Positions 27,301-38,490 of a DNA stretch of 64,000 nt are shown here, one piece after another. Below the pieces are notes generated by a model. It was given only the letters and a program-made list of their open reading frames with translations, was not told the origin of the DNA and made no database searches. Positions within the stretch are counted from its first letter, which is position 1; every line of letters starts with the position of its first letter. A program made the translations under genes and the position numbers. Source of the DNA: Lama glama (Eukaryota); NCBI GenBank assembly GCA_028534125.1, contig CM052818.1, positions 44,084,001 to 44,148,000 of the forward strand, given 5' to 3'.

Positions 27301-27458
27301 GGCTATTTTATATAATTTTTGATTCTTTTTAAAAAAAAGATATTGTTTGAAGATACATAGCTGAAAAGAAAATTTATCTCATTTCTGAATGTTCTTAAAT
27401 CCATTCTGTTTCTATATTTAGTAAAGACGTCACAAAGATGAAGGTACGATGGCATTCA

Positions 27459-27558
27459 GGGGGAGGGTAGAGCTCAGTGGTAGAGTTCATGCTCAGCATG
27501 CACGAGATCCTGGGTTCAGTCCCCAGTATCTCCATTTAAAAAAGAAGAAAAAAAAAAA
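27459..27558 (+). mobile_element. tRNA-Ala-derived SINE (camelid Vic-1 type); its tail runs into the gap
   Basis: gggggagggtagagctcagtggtagag (A box)...ctgggttcagtcccc (B-box-like) plus poly-A. Confidence 0.9.
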
Positions 27559-28058
27559 NNNNNNNNNNNNNNNNNNNNNNNNNNNNNNNNNNNNNNNNNN
27601 NNNNNNNNNNNNNNNNNNNNNNNNNNNNNNNNNNNNNNNNNNNNNNNNNNNNNNNNNNNNNNNNNNNNNNNNNNNNNNNNNNNNNNNNNNNNNNNNNNNN
27701 NNNNNNNNNNNNNNNNNNNNNNNNNNNNNNNNNNNNNNNNNNNNNNNNNNNNNNNNNNNNNNNNNNNNNNNNNNNNNNNNNNNNNNNNNNNNNNNNNNNN
27801 NNNNNNNNNNNNNNNNNNNNNNNNNNNNNNNNNNNNNNNNNNNNNNNNNNNNNNNNNNNNNNNNNNNNNNNNNNNNNNNNNNNNNNNNNNNNNNNNNNNN
27901 NNNNNNNNNNNNNNNNNNNNNNNNNNNNNNNNNNNNNNNNNNNNNNNNNNNNNNNNNNNNNNNNNNNNNNNNNNNNNNNNNNNNNNNNNNNNNNNNNNNN
28001 NNNNNNNNNNNNNNNNNNNNNNNNNNNNNNNNNNNNNNNNNNNNNNNNNNNNNNNNNN
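27559..28058. other. Assembly gap (500 N)
   Basis: Run of N. Confidence 1.
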
Positions 28059-29392
28059 GACAGGCTCTTGTCTCAGCCTCTGGTGGCCTTCAGGCCAGTG
28101 TTCACATCTCCAGCATTGTGAACCACTTGTAGCTCCTTGTTGGCTGTAGTTGTTCAAACATCTAAACTTTGGCCACATCATTCCAATTTTCTGAGGTTTC
28201 CTTTCTATTCTTTTTAGTTAATTTTCACCATCTTGCTATTTTTGTTTGTGTTTTAATGTAAAAAAAAGTCTATTTTGTAAAACCCAGTCAAATGTCACCC
28301 TTTTCCAACTTACCTGCTCCCTCTGCCCTCATTTACCTCTTTCTCTTTATCTGCAACTGCTTTGTGGCCACCTTCCTAACTATGTGGCAATTCTTCACGT
28401 ACTTGAATTTCCTCTTCCTTGAGTGTTGAACAAAGCCATTTCCGTATCCCAAGCTCTAGCACAGGTCAATGAAACAAACACACAAAAAAGAATTCATGAA
28501 TGAATGAATGACATAATTGAGAAAGTGTATCCCATCTTCCTCCAAGGAAGTTTGCATGCTTCATTTTACAGTTCCTACCCTTTTTTTTGAAAAACCCCAA
28601 ACAGTGCCGTTAGGAGGCTGGGAGGCATGACTTGAGGGGAGGAAGAAGAGGAAGAGGGTGAGAAGGAAGAGAAGACTTTCGAACACCTGAGGTTCCAGCC
28701 TGTGGCTTATTCATTACTGTCGACTCCATCCCACGGCCCCCCTCTGAGTCTCCACCCTTCCTGCTGCTGCCTGTGGGCCATCAAAGGGCTCCTCACAGCC
28801 GGCAATCAAATTAGCGAGGCTGGAGGACCAGGGCAGGCTCACTACAGCTCGTTAAAGCTCCTGTCTCCTGCTTGGGAAATTGCTCTCCGTTTACCAGAGC
28901 TGTTCGCATTTTGCAGCTCCCAGGGGAGCAAGGGCCATGCTGGTTGAATTCCTGGCTAAGCCATTTGGCCCAGAGCCTCCATAAAACTTCAGCCCCAGCC
29001 TTCCTGGCTTGGGATTCCCTCATTAAACCTGGAGACAGGAGCCTGCTCTTGGGTCTGCAGAGGCCTGGGTGAGACGGACTCTCCTCTCCTGGGGGGGCCC
29101 AGGACTGAGACAGAAGTGAGGGTGATGGGAGAGACAGTGGAGGCTGCTGAGCAAAGGGACTGGGGTCTCACTGAAAGCAGGGACGTACAGATCAGAACAT
29201 TGTATTTCCAAACACGTCGCAAGCTCGCTTCATCAGAGTTCATAGTCCTCTGCTTAGAAAAGCTCACCGTGGACAGTTCCCTCCCACTGGAACTTGAACC
29301 CGAACCCAAATGTGCAGTTGACTCTTCATTTGGTTGATGGTCAGTGCAGTAGTGGAAGGGTCTTCCGGCTGTTTAATAGTAACTACAAGGCA

Positions 29393-29594
29393 GTAACCTA
29401 TGGTGAAGAAGAATATGAGAACGAATGTATGTGTGTTCCTATGTGACTGAAGTGTTGTGCTGTACACCAGAAATTGACACATTATACACTGATTGTACTT
29501 CAATAAAAATATATTTTCTAAAAAAAAGCTAGTAAGGACCTGAAAAGTTAGCTTTGTTATTTGTCATAAAGGCAATACCATTTCCATAAAAAAA
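29393..29594 (+). mobile_element. Short L1 3' stub with an extra 3' segment inside the TSD
   Basis: L1 3'UTR with AATAAA at 29502-29507. 19-bp TSD taatagtaactacaaggca (29374-29392) / taatagcaactacaaggca (29595-29613). Confidence 0.85.
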
Positions 29595-29645
29595 TAATAG
29601 CAACTACAAGGCAAGGTACACTACTAGTTTGCAGAGATATGAAGG

Positions 29646-30274
29646 TGTTGTCGAACCTAAGGTCCTGTGGCCGCCGAGTGGTGGGGGAAACGGCCCTAAA
29701 CCTCAGAGCTGGGAGCAGAGAAAAGGTTATTGCAAAGGCCAGGCAAGGAGAATAGGCAGCTTGTGCTCAAAAAGGCCAAACTGCCCAATGGTTTTCGAGG
29801 AAGAGTTTTGTTATGTTTTGTTTTGTTCTGTTTTGTTTTAGAGACAAAATGTAGGGGAGGGCAGCGGGGCGTGTGACTTTCTCCTGATTGGCTGGTGCGG
29901 GAGTAACAGGGTGGGGTTCCAGGAATCGCAGTCATCAGCCTTCTGGCTGCAGACAGTCTGTGGTCCACCAGTTTGTGCTCAGCCTAAAGTTACCACCCTC
30001 CACCTGGGTGGAGAACTCACAGGTATGTCAGACTGTTATGCGCATTCCCCGAGGCCGAACCAGGACCCTGCCCTGTGCTGCGCTGTGGTTTCTCAATGGC
30101 CTTGCTTTTGTTTCTATGCTCCCTCCCTCCCCTAATCAGTAACTGTCTGCATCTGCCCTTTGGAACTCAGGGAAGGTCCAGGAGGCTGAAAGCCTTTCTC
30201 CTACAAACAAGAAATGGGGGACACAGAAAGGCTTTTGTATCGAAGAGGACCCCACATGGCCCTAGTCGGGTTCA
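29646..30274 (-). mobile_element. Complete class I (ERV1-type) solo LTR, 629 bp
   Basis: TG...CA termini with a perfect 4-bp TSD aagg (29642-29645 / 30275-30278). The minus strand has CCAAT (~29887-29891) upstream of an AATAA-type signal (~29726-29731). Confidence 0.85.
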
Positions 30275-30737
30275 AAGGGATAAGATGTCGCGGTTATAAG
30301 GTCATCTCAGCATTGCTGTGAGACAGCCTCTATCCAGCCTCTGACAGCCACAGTGAACTTTCTAAAGCTGATGGAAACTCTTCGCCGGGTGGGAACCCTC
30401 CAGCAGCTCTGTGCTTTTTTGAGTAAAGCTTGCACATCTTGGCTTAGCGTCCAAAGCCCTCTGAGAGCTGGTCCTTGCCTCCTTCTCAAACTCTGCCTCC
30501 CCATCTCCACCCCTTCTGCTTTGAGGAGGATGGGGTGTTCCTCAATCTTCCCATTTAGGGGACTTCATGGCACTGATAAGGAGTGTAGTAGGGACCAGGT
30601 AGGTGTAGATCCAGGAACCAGGAGCTGAGGACAGGGGATGGGAAGGCGGTCATTCTAATAAGGGGGTGGGAGGGGGCAGAAAATATTCTCTCAGCTCTAC
30701 CACACGTTCAAACAATATCTGATGCACATGTTCTTTT

Positions 30738-30766
30738 AAAATTTAATTTTTGGGGAGGATTAGGAT

Positions 30767-30805
<39 letters not shown>

Positions 30806-30917
30806 TCTATTGCTCTAGCTATCTATTTCTCTTTATTTTAATGGAGGCACTGGGGATTGAACCCAGGACCTCGCGCATGCTAAGCACACGCTCTACCACT
30901 GAGCTCTACCCTCCCCC
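30738..30917 (-). mobile_element. tRNA-Ala-derived SINE (Vic-1 type) with (TTTA)n tail
   Basis: Full tRNA-like head. 17-bp TSD gatgcacatgttctttt (30721-30737) / gctgcacatgctctttt (30918-30934). Confidence 0.95.
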
Positions 30918-31818
30918 GCTGCACATGCTCTTTTGAGGGGAAACATGTAGAAGGAAAAAACAGGTGTATTTTCCACCTGAGACGACACACTATGGAAGGC
31001 ACAGCAGTAGGAGACAGTAAGAGGAATGCATCTGAGCAAAAAGGGACCAGGAGGAACGCAAGCCCCTCCCCCAGGCTCCCACCGCATAGCGAATGGTATG
31101 AGTTCTTTTTCCTCTGAAACTCTAAAAGCCAAGGTGACTGCACCCAGGGGCTGGCCCGAGTCACACAGCTCAGATGAGTGACCCCTTCACAGTCGCTTGG
31201 GGGTAAGGGAGTCACATACATCCCATTGTTCTAGAGTCTTGCAGATGGCATTTGGAAGACTGACGCCCCCCAAAGGGTGTGTTATTGAACAGTATTAAAT
31301 TTGAATTTTAATCTGCCTTCATCAACTAACGCTTCTGGGAATAGGAGCGCCATTTCCTAAATGAAATGGTATCCCCCATCCTTCATGTAAACGATTCCAA
31401 TAACATTTAATGTTTTTAAAGAAGAAACGTGTATGCTCTTGGAAGCACAGTGCACCTTGACTTCTCAGGGCAATGAACAATGAAACAAACAAAACAGAAA
31501 CAGTTGCTGCCGAGCGAGGCGGCGGGTGGCGGGGATCCCCCCTCCGGGCGCACGGGCATTTGTGCACAGCCCTCTTGTCTGGATACGTGCTATTCTTAGG
31601 TCTTTTCCGCTTCCTCCAGATTCCTGGCCATGTTCCAGAGAGTTAAACTGATCTTCCGTTAAGAGATTTTTTCACACATTGGTAGAGCTCTTGGTCTCAG
31701 ACTCCAAATGCAAAATGCTTACACTTACACTTTTCACGCAGACAGCCGCTTAAATTCAACGCGGTAAACATTTAATTATATATATTTTTTCCTTTCTCTC
31801 TGCCTGACTTTCCCCTTC

Positions 31819-32234
31819 CGTGTTCCTGTACTCGGGCTGCCGTAACAAGACACCCGAGAGTAGCTGGGTTAAACAACAGACCTTTATTTCTCATGGCTCT
31901 GGAGGATAGGAAGTCCTAGATCAAGGTGCTGACAGTCAGTTCCTGGTGAGAGCCCTCTTCCTGCCTGCAGACATCCTCCCTGTTTTTGTGTTTTCACACA
32001 AGAGAGAAAGAGAGAAGCAGAGAGAGGGAGCGAGAGAGTGAAAGACAGAACTAGCAAGGTCTGATCTCCTTTCTTCTTCGCCTAAGGACAATAAACCCAC
32101 CACGAGGACGCTACCCTCATGACCTTATCTAAACCCAATTACCTTCCAAAGGCCCCACCTCCAAACACCATCACACTGGAGGTTAGGGCTTAAGCATGCA
32201 CATTGGAGAGGGACACAGACATTCCACCCAAAAC
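31819..32234 (-). mobile_element. MaLR solo LTR (MLT1A0-like)
   Basis: gggctgccgtaacaa...aaacaacagacctttatttctcatggctctggagg; cctcatgaccttatctaaacccaattaccttccaaaggccccacctccaaacaccatcacact. Confidence 0.85.
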
Positions 32235-32244
32235 TTCTTCCTTT

Positions 32245-32720
32245 CATTCATTCTCCTTCTTTCTTCCTTTAATAAATATTTATTGCTTTTCATGTTGTCA
32301 GGGTCTTCACAGAGGCCCTGGAATGATCAGGCCACGGAACCTTTCCTCAGAGAGTCTACAGACGAGTGGGAAGGACTAACAGTGATGCAGAGAAACACTT
32401 GCTCTGGTGGAAGTAAGGACCTGGCACCATCAGAAGACATCGAAGAGAGCAATTATTTCTGTGGAGTAGTAAGCAGGAAAGTGAATCGGCAGTTTAGAAG
32501 TGAAGGTAGAGATTCTAGAGAGCCAATGGGAGGGAGGCTTTCTAGGCAGAACACGTAGCATTAAGCAAAAGCTCAGACATGTGAACTTGCGTGGTTGACA
32601 CATCCCGGAAGCGCAGAGCAGACTAGAGGGCTTTGATGGGAGGTGGAAGCAGGGAGAAGGAGAGGCAGGAGATAAAACTGAAATGATGGGTTGGGACTAG
32701 TTTGTCAAGAGGTGATGTTT
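32245..32720 (-). mobile_element. L2 fragment
   Basis: ttcattcatt...aataaatatttattg followed by a purine-rich antisense L2 body. Confidence 0.55.
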
Positions 32721-33306
32721 TTCATAAGGAAATTCACCAATTCCTTGGGTTTTTTTACACGAAGGTCAAAGGCAGTGCTTAGAGAAAAGTCCTGTTTGGA
32801 AACCTAAGAAGATCTGAGACTGGAGTTCTTCCAGCCACAGCTTTTATCCTGATTCTCCCTGCCCCCGAAAGCGCCTACCAGCTCTTGACATCCAAGAACA
32901 GGACCTCCTGTCCCATACACAGGACTGTTGCTCCAGCATCTTACCACTCAGACCTCTATCAGCTCCCCAGTCAGCCCGCCCTGCCGGGCTCTCCTCTCCC
33001 ATCAGCTAAAGTGATGTTTCTCTTCCTTGGTTTTCAGGGAGGGGGAATCGTGCCACTTTTAGGAGCACTAAGGTCTGGAAGCCAAAGAATAGAAACTCTG
33101 GTGAGTGTAATTCTCCATTTGGAGCCCCTTGATGTCTGTATTAGAAGCTACATTAAATCTTTCCCTTTGTGCTTGCTCCTTAAATTCCTGTTATATGAAA
33201 GTAGGTAATGATTATTCCTTTTAAAAATTGGGACTATTGGTATGTACCCAAAGAAACACAGGCCAGAATATGGATGTGTATTAAAACACTGTACCATCCT
33301 TAATGT

Positions 33307-33525
33307 AGAATTTCTTCAGAAAAATTATATATAGATATATAAATTATAATATACATTTACTATAGTATCATATATTATATAAATATAATACATATTTATT
33401 ATTAAAATATATTATTTACTATATCATATATTCTATAATTACTGTATTTATATATTAGTATATATTATAATATAGCATTATATTATTAAAATATATAAAA
33501 ATATATAATTTTTGAAAGAAATTCT
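33307..33525. repeat. AT-rich low-complexity tract bounded by ~26-bp imperfect inverted repeats
   Basis: agaatttcttcagaaaaattatatat ... atatataatttttgaaagaaattct. Confidence 0.8.
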
Positions 33526-34759
33526 AATGTGCATATTAGAAATTCTAATAATGTTTCACTTTCTTTTGCATTGTTTCTAATACATAGGCCAAGAAGCTTA
33601 TATAGTCACATATTTTTTTCACACAGTTTATCTCCTTCTAGGAATTTGCTCTGAGAAAGTGCCTGGCAGGCCATCAAAGCCACTAGTGCTTCATCCTTCA
33701 ATCAACAGTATCGAATGTAGGAAAAACTGAATTTCTATCTAGTGAGGAGTCGTCGAATTGATTATCATTTAGTCAAAAAATTAGAGTTTGGGGAAACGAC
33801 GAGAACATAATTTTAAATAAAAAAGTGGGAAACAGTAGTGTCTCTGATATTTATACCTAAGCGTAGATGATACGCAGGAGGGAAGAGGCCAGAATTGCAG
33901 CAGTGATGTAACCTTGGCGGCATGTCATGTGCTTCTCTCTTTTACAGGAAGATGAGGCCTTGGATGGGCCGCAGGAAGGATCGGGGCCAGGTGTGCTGCA
34001 CACAGGTGATGGTTAGCCTGTAGCTCAAATTTAAAACTATGAACAGTAAAGAACATGAGGGCGGGCGCTTAAGGCAGCCTGGGCTGAAGGACACAGGGGC
34101 AGGCGCGATGGCCTGCAGAAGGGGAGGAAGGACATGGCCATTCAGGATACAGACAAGGATGGGAAATATATACATAGACTTACATTCCTAAATGCTTACC
34201 ATGAGACGGCACTAATAAGGAAAATCAGTGATGCTAAAAGACTGAAGTTCTGAGATCCCAGTTCTAAATGCACTGGCTCCCTGAGATCCAGTCAAAGGCT
34301 GTCATCCCTCTTTTTTGCCAATTGTGGGAAAGATTCCATCCCCGCCCTTACCTACTGCTGGCCTCTTCTGGAACAGTGATATCCTCTCATGAAAGAAACG
34401 TTCTGACTTCATGGTGACTACCACTGTGAAGGGAAGGACTGGAAAATAATTTTTAAAGGGATTTTTGCATTTTCCTTTGGACGTACCTCAAAAAAATAGC
34501 TATGGAAATTAAAATAACAGAACTTTTGGGTGTTGCTCTTATCGTGGGATGAGAATTGGACCTAGCTGAAAAAAAATTAAGAGGGACAATTCTGATGTGA
34601 TTTTTCATGTTTATTGCTTTAAAAGCTCTGTGCTAACACCAAAAGAATGTATTTCTGGTGGGAAGTGATATATTTCCAAGGCTTCAGGGAGCTTGACTTC
34701 TGTCTTAAAAATAGATTTCCTTAGTTATTATAAACAAAACACCTTAAACGATAAAAATA

Positions 34760-35610
34760 AAATATGGTTAACAAAAAAAAAATCCATTGCAAACAAAGCA
34801 ATGTTTTGTATTCTTCTCATTTAAAGACTTTAGATCTAGAAGGAAAAATGAGCATCCACTCCCCAACCCCCGCAAAAAAAGTATGCGAAAAATACAAAAG
34901 GCCGTTTACAAGAGGAGGCCTGCGTATGGGAAGTAAATATGAAATTAAAATGTTAGTCTCACTAGGAATCAAAGAAATGATTATTAACACATTGGTAACA
35001 TAAAATTTGCTCCTAGCAGGTTGAGAGAATGGATCTTGGAGTTTTGCTGCTGTTACTACCTGTGATTTGATGTTAGTTAGCATCGAATACAATGAACCTT
35101 TTCATAACCTCCTGGGGCGGTAAATTGCTGCAACCTTCCTGCAGGACAAGTTAAAATTAGTCTTAGCTCTTTAAAGGAATCATTTAAGCCTTCTGATTTA
35201 TTATTTGCAAAAGCATAAATATATGCACATATCCGTGTATGCAGTTGCTCGTAGCAACATTTTTGTAAAGTAAATAAATAATCAAAATGAGGGAAGCAAC
35301 CAACAATGCAAAAAAATTTGAATTAATTATGGTTAGTCCATTGGCCGGAGTTCTCCTCAAGTCACTTACTAAATATTAGATTTTTTCAAAGACTAATGAC
35401 ATGGGAGCTCATTCAAAGTAATAAGTGAAAAAAAATGCTAGAAATATACAATACCCCTAATATGTTTATAACATGTGTGCCTGAAAAATACTGGATATAC
35501 TGGAGACAATACATCCAAATATTAGTAACAGTGATCTCTGCATGGTGGGTGTTTCTTTCCTTCTCTTCCACATTTTTCTTCCGTATTTTCCAAAGTTTCT
35601 ATGAGAAATC
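34760..35610 (+). mobile_element. Old L1ME-type 3' fragments
   Basis: tctcactaggaatcaaagaaatg; gtaaattgctgcaaccttcctg; aattaattatggttagtccat; ttttccaaagtttctatga. Confidence 0.6.
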
Positions 35611-35658
35611 TGTATGACTGTTATTTAATATTTGAAATATTTAACATCTGTTATTTAA

Positions 35659-36034
35659 TAGTTTGTATCTACTAATCCCAAACTCCTAATTTATCCCTCC
35701 CACCTTTGGAAACCGTTAGTTTTCTATGTCTGTGAGCCTGTTTCTCTTGTAAATAAGCTCATTTGTATCATTTTTTAATATTCCGCATATAAGCGGTATC
35801 ATATGATACTTGTCTTTCCCTGTCTGACTTATTTCACTTAGTATGAGGTATATACCTCTGGTCCAATATATAAAATAGATAAACAACAAGGTCTTAATGT
35901 ATAGCGCAGGGAACTATATTCAATATCTCGTAATAACCTGTAATGAAGAAGAATATATATATGTATAACTGAATCTTTATGCTGTACATCAGAAATTAAC
36001 ACAGCATTGTAAATCAACTATACTTTAATTTAAA
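35659..36034 (+). mobile_element. 5'-inverted (twin-primed) L1 3' end
   Basis: 35659-35865 is antisense L1 3'UTR and 35866-36034 is sense. TSD aacatctgttatttaa (35643-35658) / aatatctgttctttaa (36035-36050). Confidence 0.88.
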
Positions 36035-36223
36035 AATATCTGTTCTTTAAAAACAAAATGGTACTTCCGGGACTATGGAAAGTTCTCCTTGGCGATGCGT
36101 TACCACCGACACTGAAACTGCAGAACGGCATTATATGTTTAGCAGTGTGTCCCTGACTCTCCCAACGCTTACATCCTTGATTTTGAAGGGACCCAGAGGA
36201 GTAAAGCATTTTGTCCAAGGTCA

Positions 36224-36792
36224 TGTGACAAGCATATAATTTCAAAGATACATAAAGCCAGAGTCTACGGAAAGTCATAAGGACAGGTTTTAACCAGTTA
36301 TATATTCTTGCAATAGGGAAACAAGTCTGGTGTGAATGAACTTGACCTCCCTTTGTACAGAGGCATCTGGGCATTTTAAAGGCAGAATGAGGGACAAGGG
36401 AGTGGGCTGAGAGGGGCTGACCTGAGGCAGGAAAGGGAAAAATCACAAAAAAGCAGGAAGGGGCACATTATTCCATGCGAAACCCATCTGGGTTGGCTAA
36501 GTGGTGTTCATAGACGTCAGGTTCCTCCCCCTCGACAGAGGCTGGGAGTCGGGGGACCTAACTTCAGGTGGCGGCTGGAACACACGGTCAGTTCTTCCAG
36601 CAGCCTTGAATTTGCTCAGGAAGGCACTTTAAGGGGAGCTAGGAGCATCCTAGGGGCACAGCCTTGAACTGATAGAAACTTCGTTGGTGTTTGTTCAGGT
36701 CTGTACAAACCAAGGTTGGGATCCAGAGGTTGAGTCCAGCAGAGGGCTTGGAGGAGGCTGGCTGGAGTTTTGTCAAGGAGACGTCTTTGCCA
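36224..36792 (-). mobile_element. ERV1-type solo LTR (MER67-like) inserted into a MIR
   Basis: The minus strand begins tggcaaagacgtctccttgacaaaactccagccagcctcctc. The flanks (tgtccaaggtca | ...ctagaatccggttctcctgac) join into a MIR core. Confidence 0.6.
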
Positions 36793-37629
36793 AGAACAAG
36801 ACCCAGCCTAGAATCCGGTTCTCCTGACCCCATTCCAATACTCCTCCCTCTACCACAATTTTTGTATATCAAGGACTTTTCTGACCCAAATGGGAACTTC
36901 AACCAGGACTGAAAGGACAAGAAGAATTATTGAGATAAGGAGATTAAGAAAGAAAATGTTTGCCTCTGGTAATAGTCTCCCCTCCTTCCCCCAGTTATAC
37001 TGAATCTTGGTTAAAATGCTCAAAACCCATCTTCCTCTTGAAGGGAGCATTCCTGCCTGTTTGGGGGGGGGGTTGATGCTTGAGTCTAAGCATCTGGAGG
37101 GTTGGATAAGTTACGCTTGGGAGTCTCACCACGTGATTTCATAACAAGTCATCAGTTTAAGCGCATGTGTACACTTTTCCCTCTCACGTAGCTGCCCAGC
37201 AAGGTGCCTTCCTGGTATCAGCTTCCTCAGCTCACCGCGAGCAACTGTGCTCCTCATTAATCCTCTGCTGGTCAAGAATCTGAAAACAAGTGGCAGTTGT
37301 CTGGATGTTCTGTGTTTTCAAAACCTGATGTTTAGAGACTTTTCTGGGACTACTGTAAAACTAGCAAAATCTGGAAGAGAGTATTGACTTTGTATAAACA
37401 GGAACTTTCCACCCAGTTCCTAATGTTTAGCCACCACTGGCGGCTTTTCTTTTCTTGTTTTCATCCTCTTTTCCCATTTTTTTCTTCTCCTCTCCCTATT
37501 TTTTCCTTCCTGTCTTTCCTTCCTTCCTCCCTCCCTCCGTCCTTTTTCCATCAACTTTCCCACTCACCTAGTAAACATCTTGGGCTCCCATACATTGCCA
37601 GACCCACCGAGAGCCAGACAAGAATATTG

Positions 37630-37915
37630 CCCAAAGCACAGACTTTGAGTTGAATGAGCCAAGGATCAGTTTCGGGTTCGATATGAACTAGCTACGTGAC
37701 TATGACCAAGGTACTTCATCTCTGCACGGTCATTCATTTCACAAGCAAACATTTATGACATGCATCTTAAGTGCCTTGAAGTATGCCAGGTGTACCAACA
37801 CGGGGTTTAAAAATACTCTGTAAGGTGGGCAAAGTGCTACTCACCCTTGGGCTGCCATGATGATCCAACTAGTCAACCTGTGTGACAGCAGGTAACCCCC
37901 TACCTGGCACCTGGG
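37630..37915 (+). mobile_element. MIR SINE (interrupted)
   Basis: gcacagactttgag...actagctacgtgactatgaccaaggtacttcatctctg. Confidence 0.65.
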
Positions 37916-38048
37916 ACACATCTGTACCAGCTGTCTGTTCTGCTCCTTCAACTTTCTAGATGTCGAGTGTGTATCACTGAGACTCAGTTCCTGAGAGGAT
38001 CCCGAAGACTAGGCAGAAAAAGCAGATTTCTTAGGAAAAAAATTTGTA

Positions 38049-38490
38049 CTATATTTCATGCATTCTAAATTCCACGTGTTTCATATTCTACCATCTATGA
38101 AATCAGAATGGCTGTTAAAGTCGCCGTGGGCCAGGCTGTGGCAGTCGTGCTGGAGCCGCTTCTGTGGTCACACAGGGGATCAGCGCTGTCCGTATTATCA
38201 CCCCCTGAGTTCACTAGGTGTGTTATTGGCACTCCACGTGTTGAATTTAACTGCCTTTAAAACATCTTCAAGGAGACGACATTACGATTCAGCACTGAAA
38301 CACAAAGCCATTGGAGTGCATAAAAAGGCACAGGAATACAGAAGCGAGGCGCTATTTTGATGTTAGTGAAGCAAATAGTCTTCGCTGGGGAATGAACCAC
38401 AACCTCAAGCTTGCAAGATGGTGTCACCGCTTGGAAGGAAGTGTCACAGACAATGGTGACGCAGTCTTCTTTGAAATGTTGCATTCTGGT
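38049..38490 (+). mobile_element. TcMar-Tc2 (Kanga-like) transposon, internally deleted, with transposase remnants
   Basis: TA followed by a ctatatttcatgcattctaa terminus. Translations SSRRRHYDSALKHKAI..., RHRNTEARRYFDVSEANSLRW (Brinker-type HTH-like) and AWKEVSQTMVTQSSLKCCI (pogo/Tc2 C-terminal motif), frameshifted. Confidence 0.7.

Noticed and set aside
27449..28181. ORFs of 221-227 aa
   Set aside because: Artefacts of translating through the 500-N gap; one starts in a SINE.
30842..30913. Bona fide tRNA-Ala gene
   Set aside because: It is embedded in a SINE with a tail and TSD, has four sibling copies in the window, and lacks U8.
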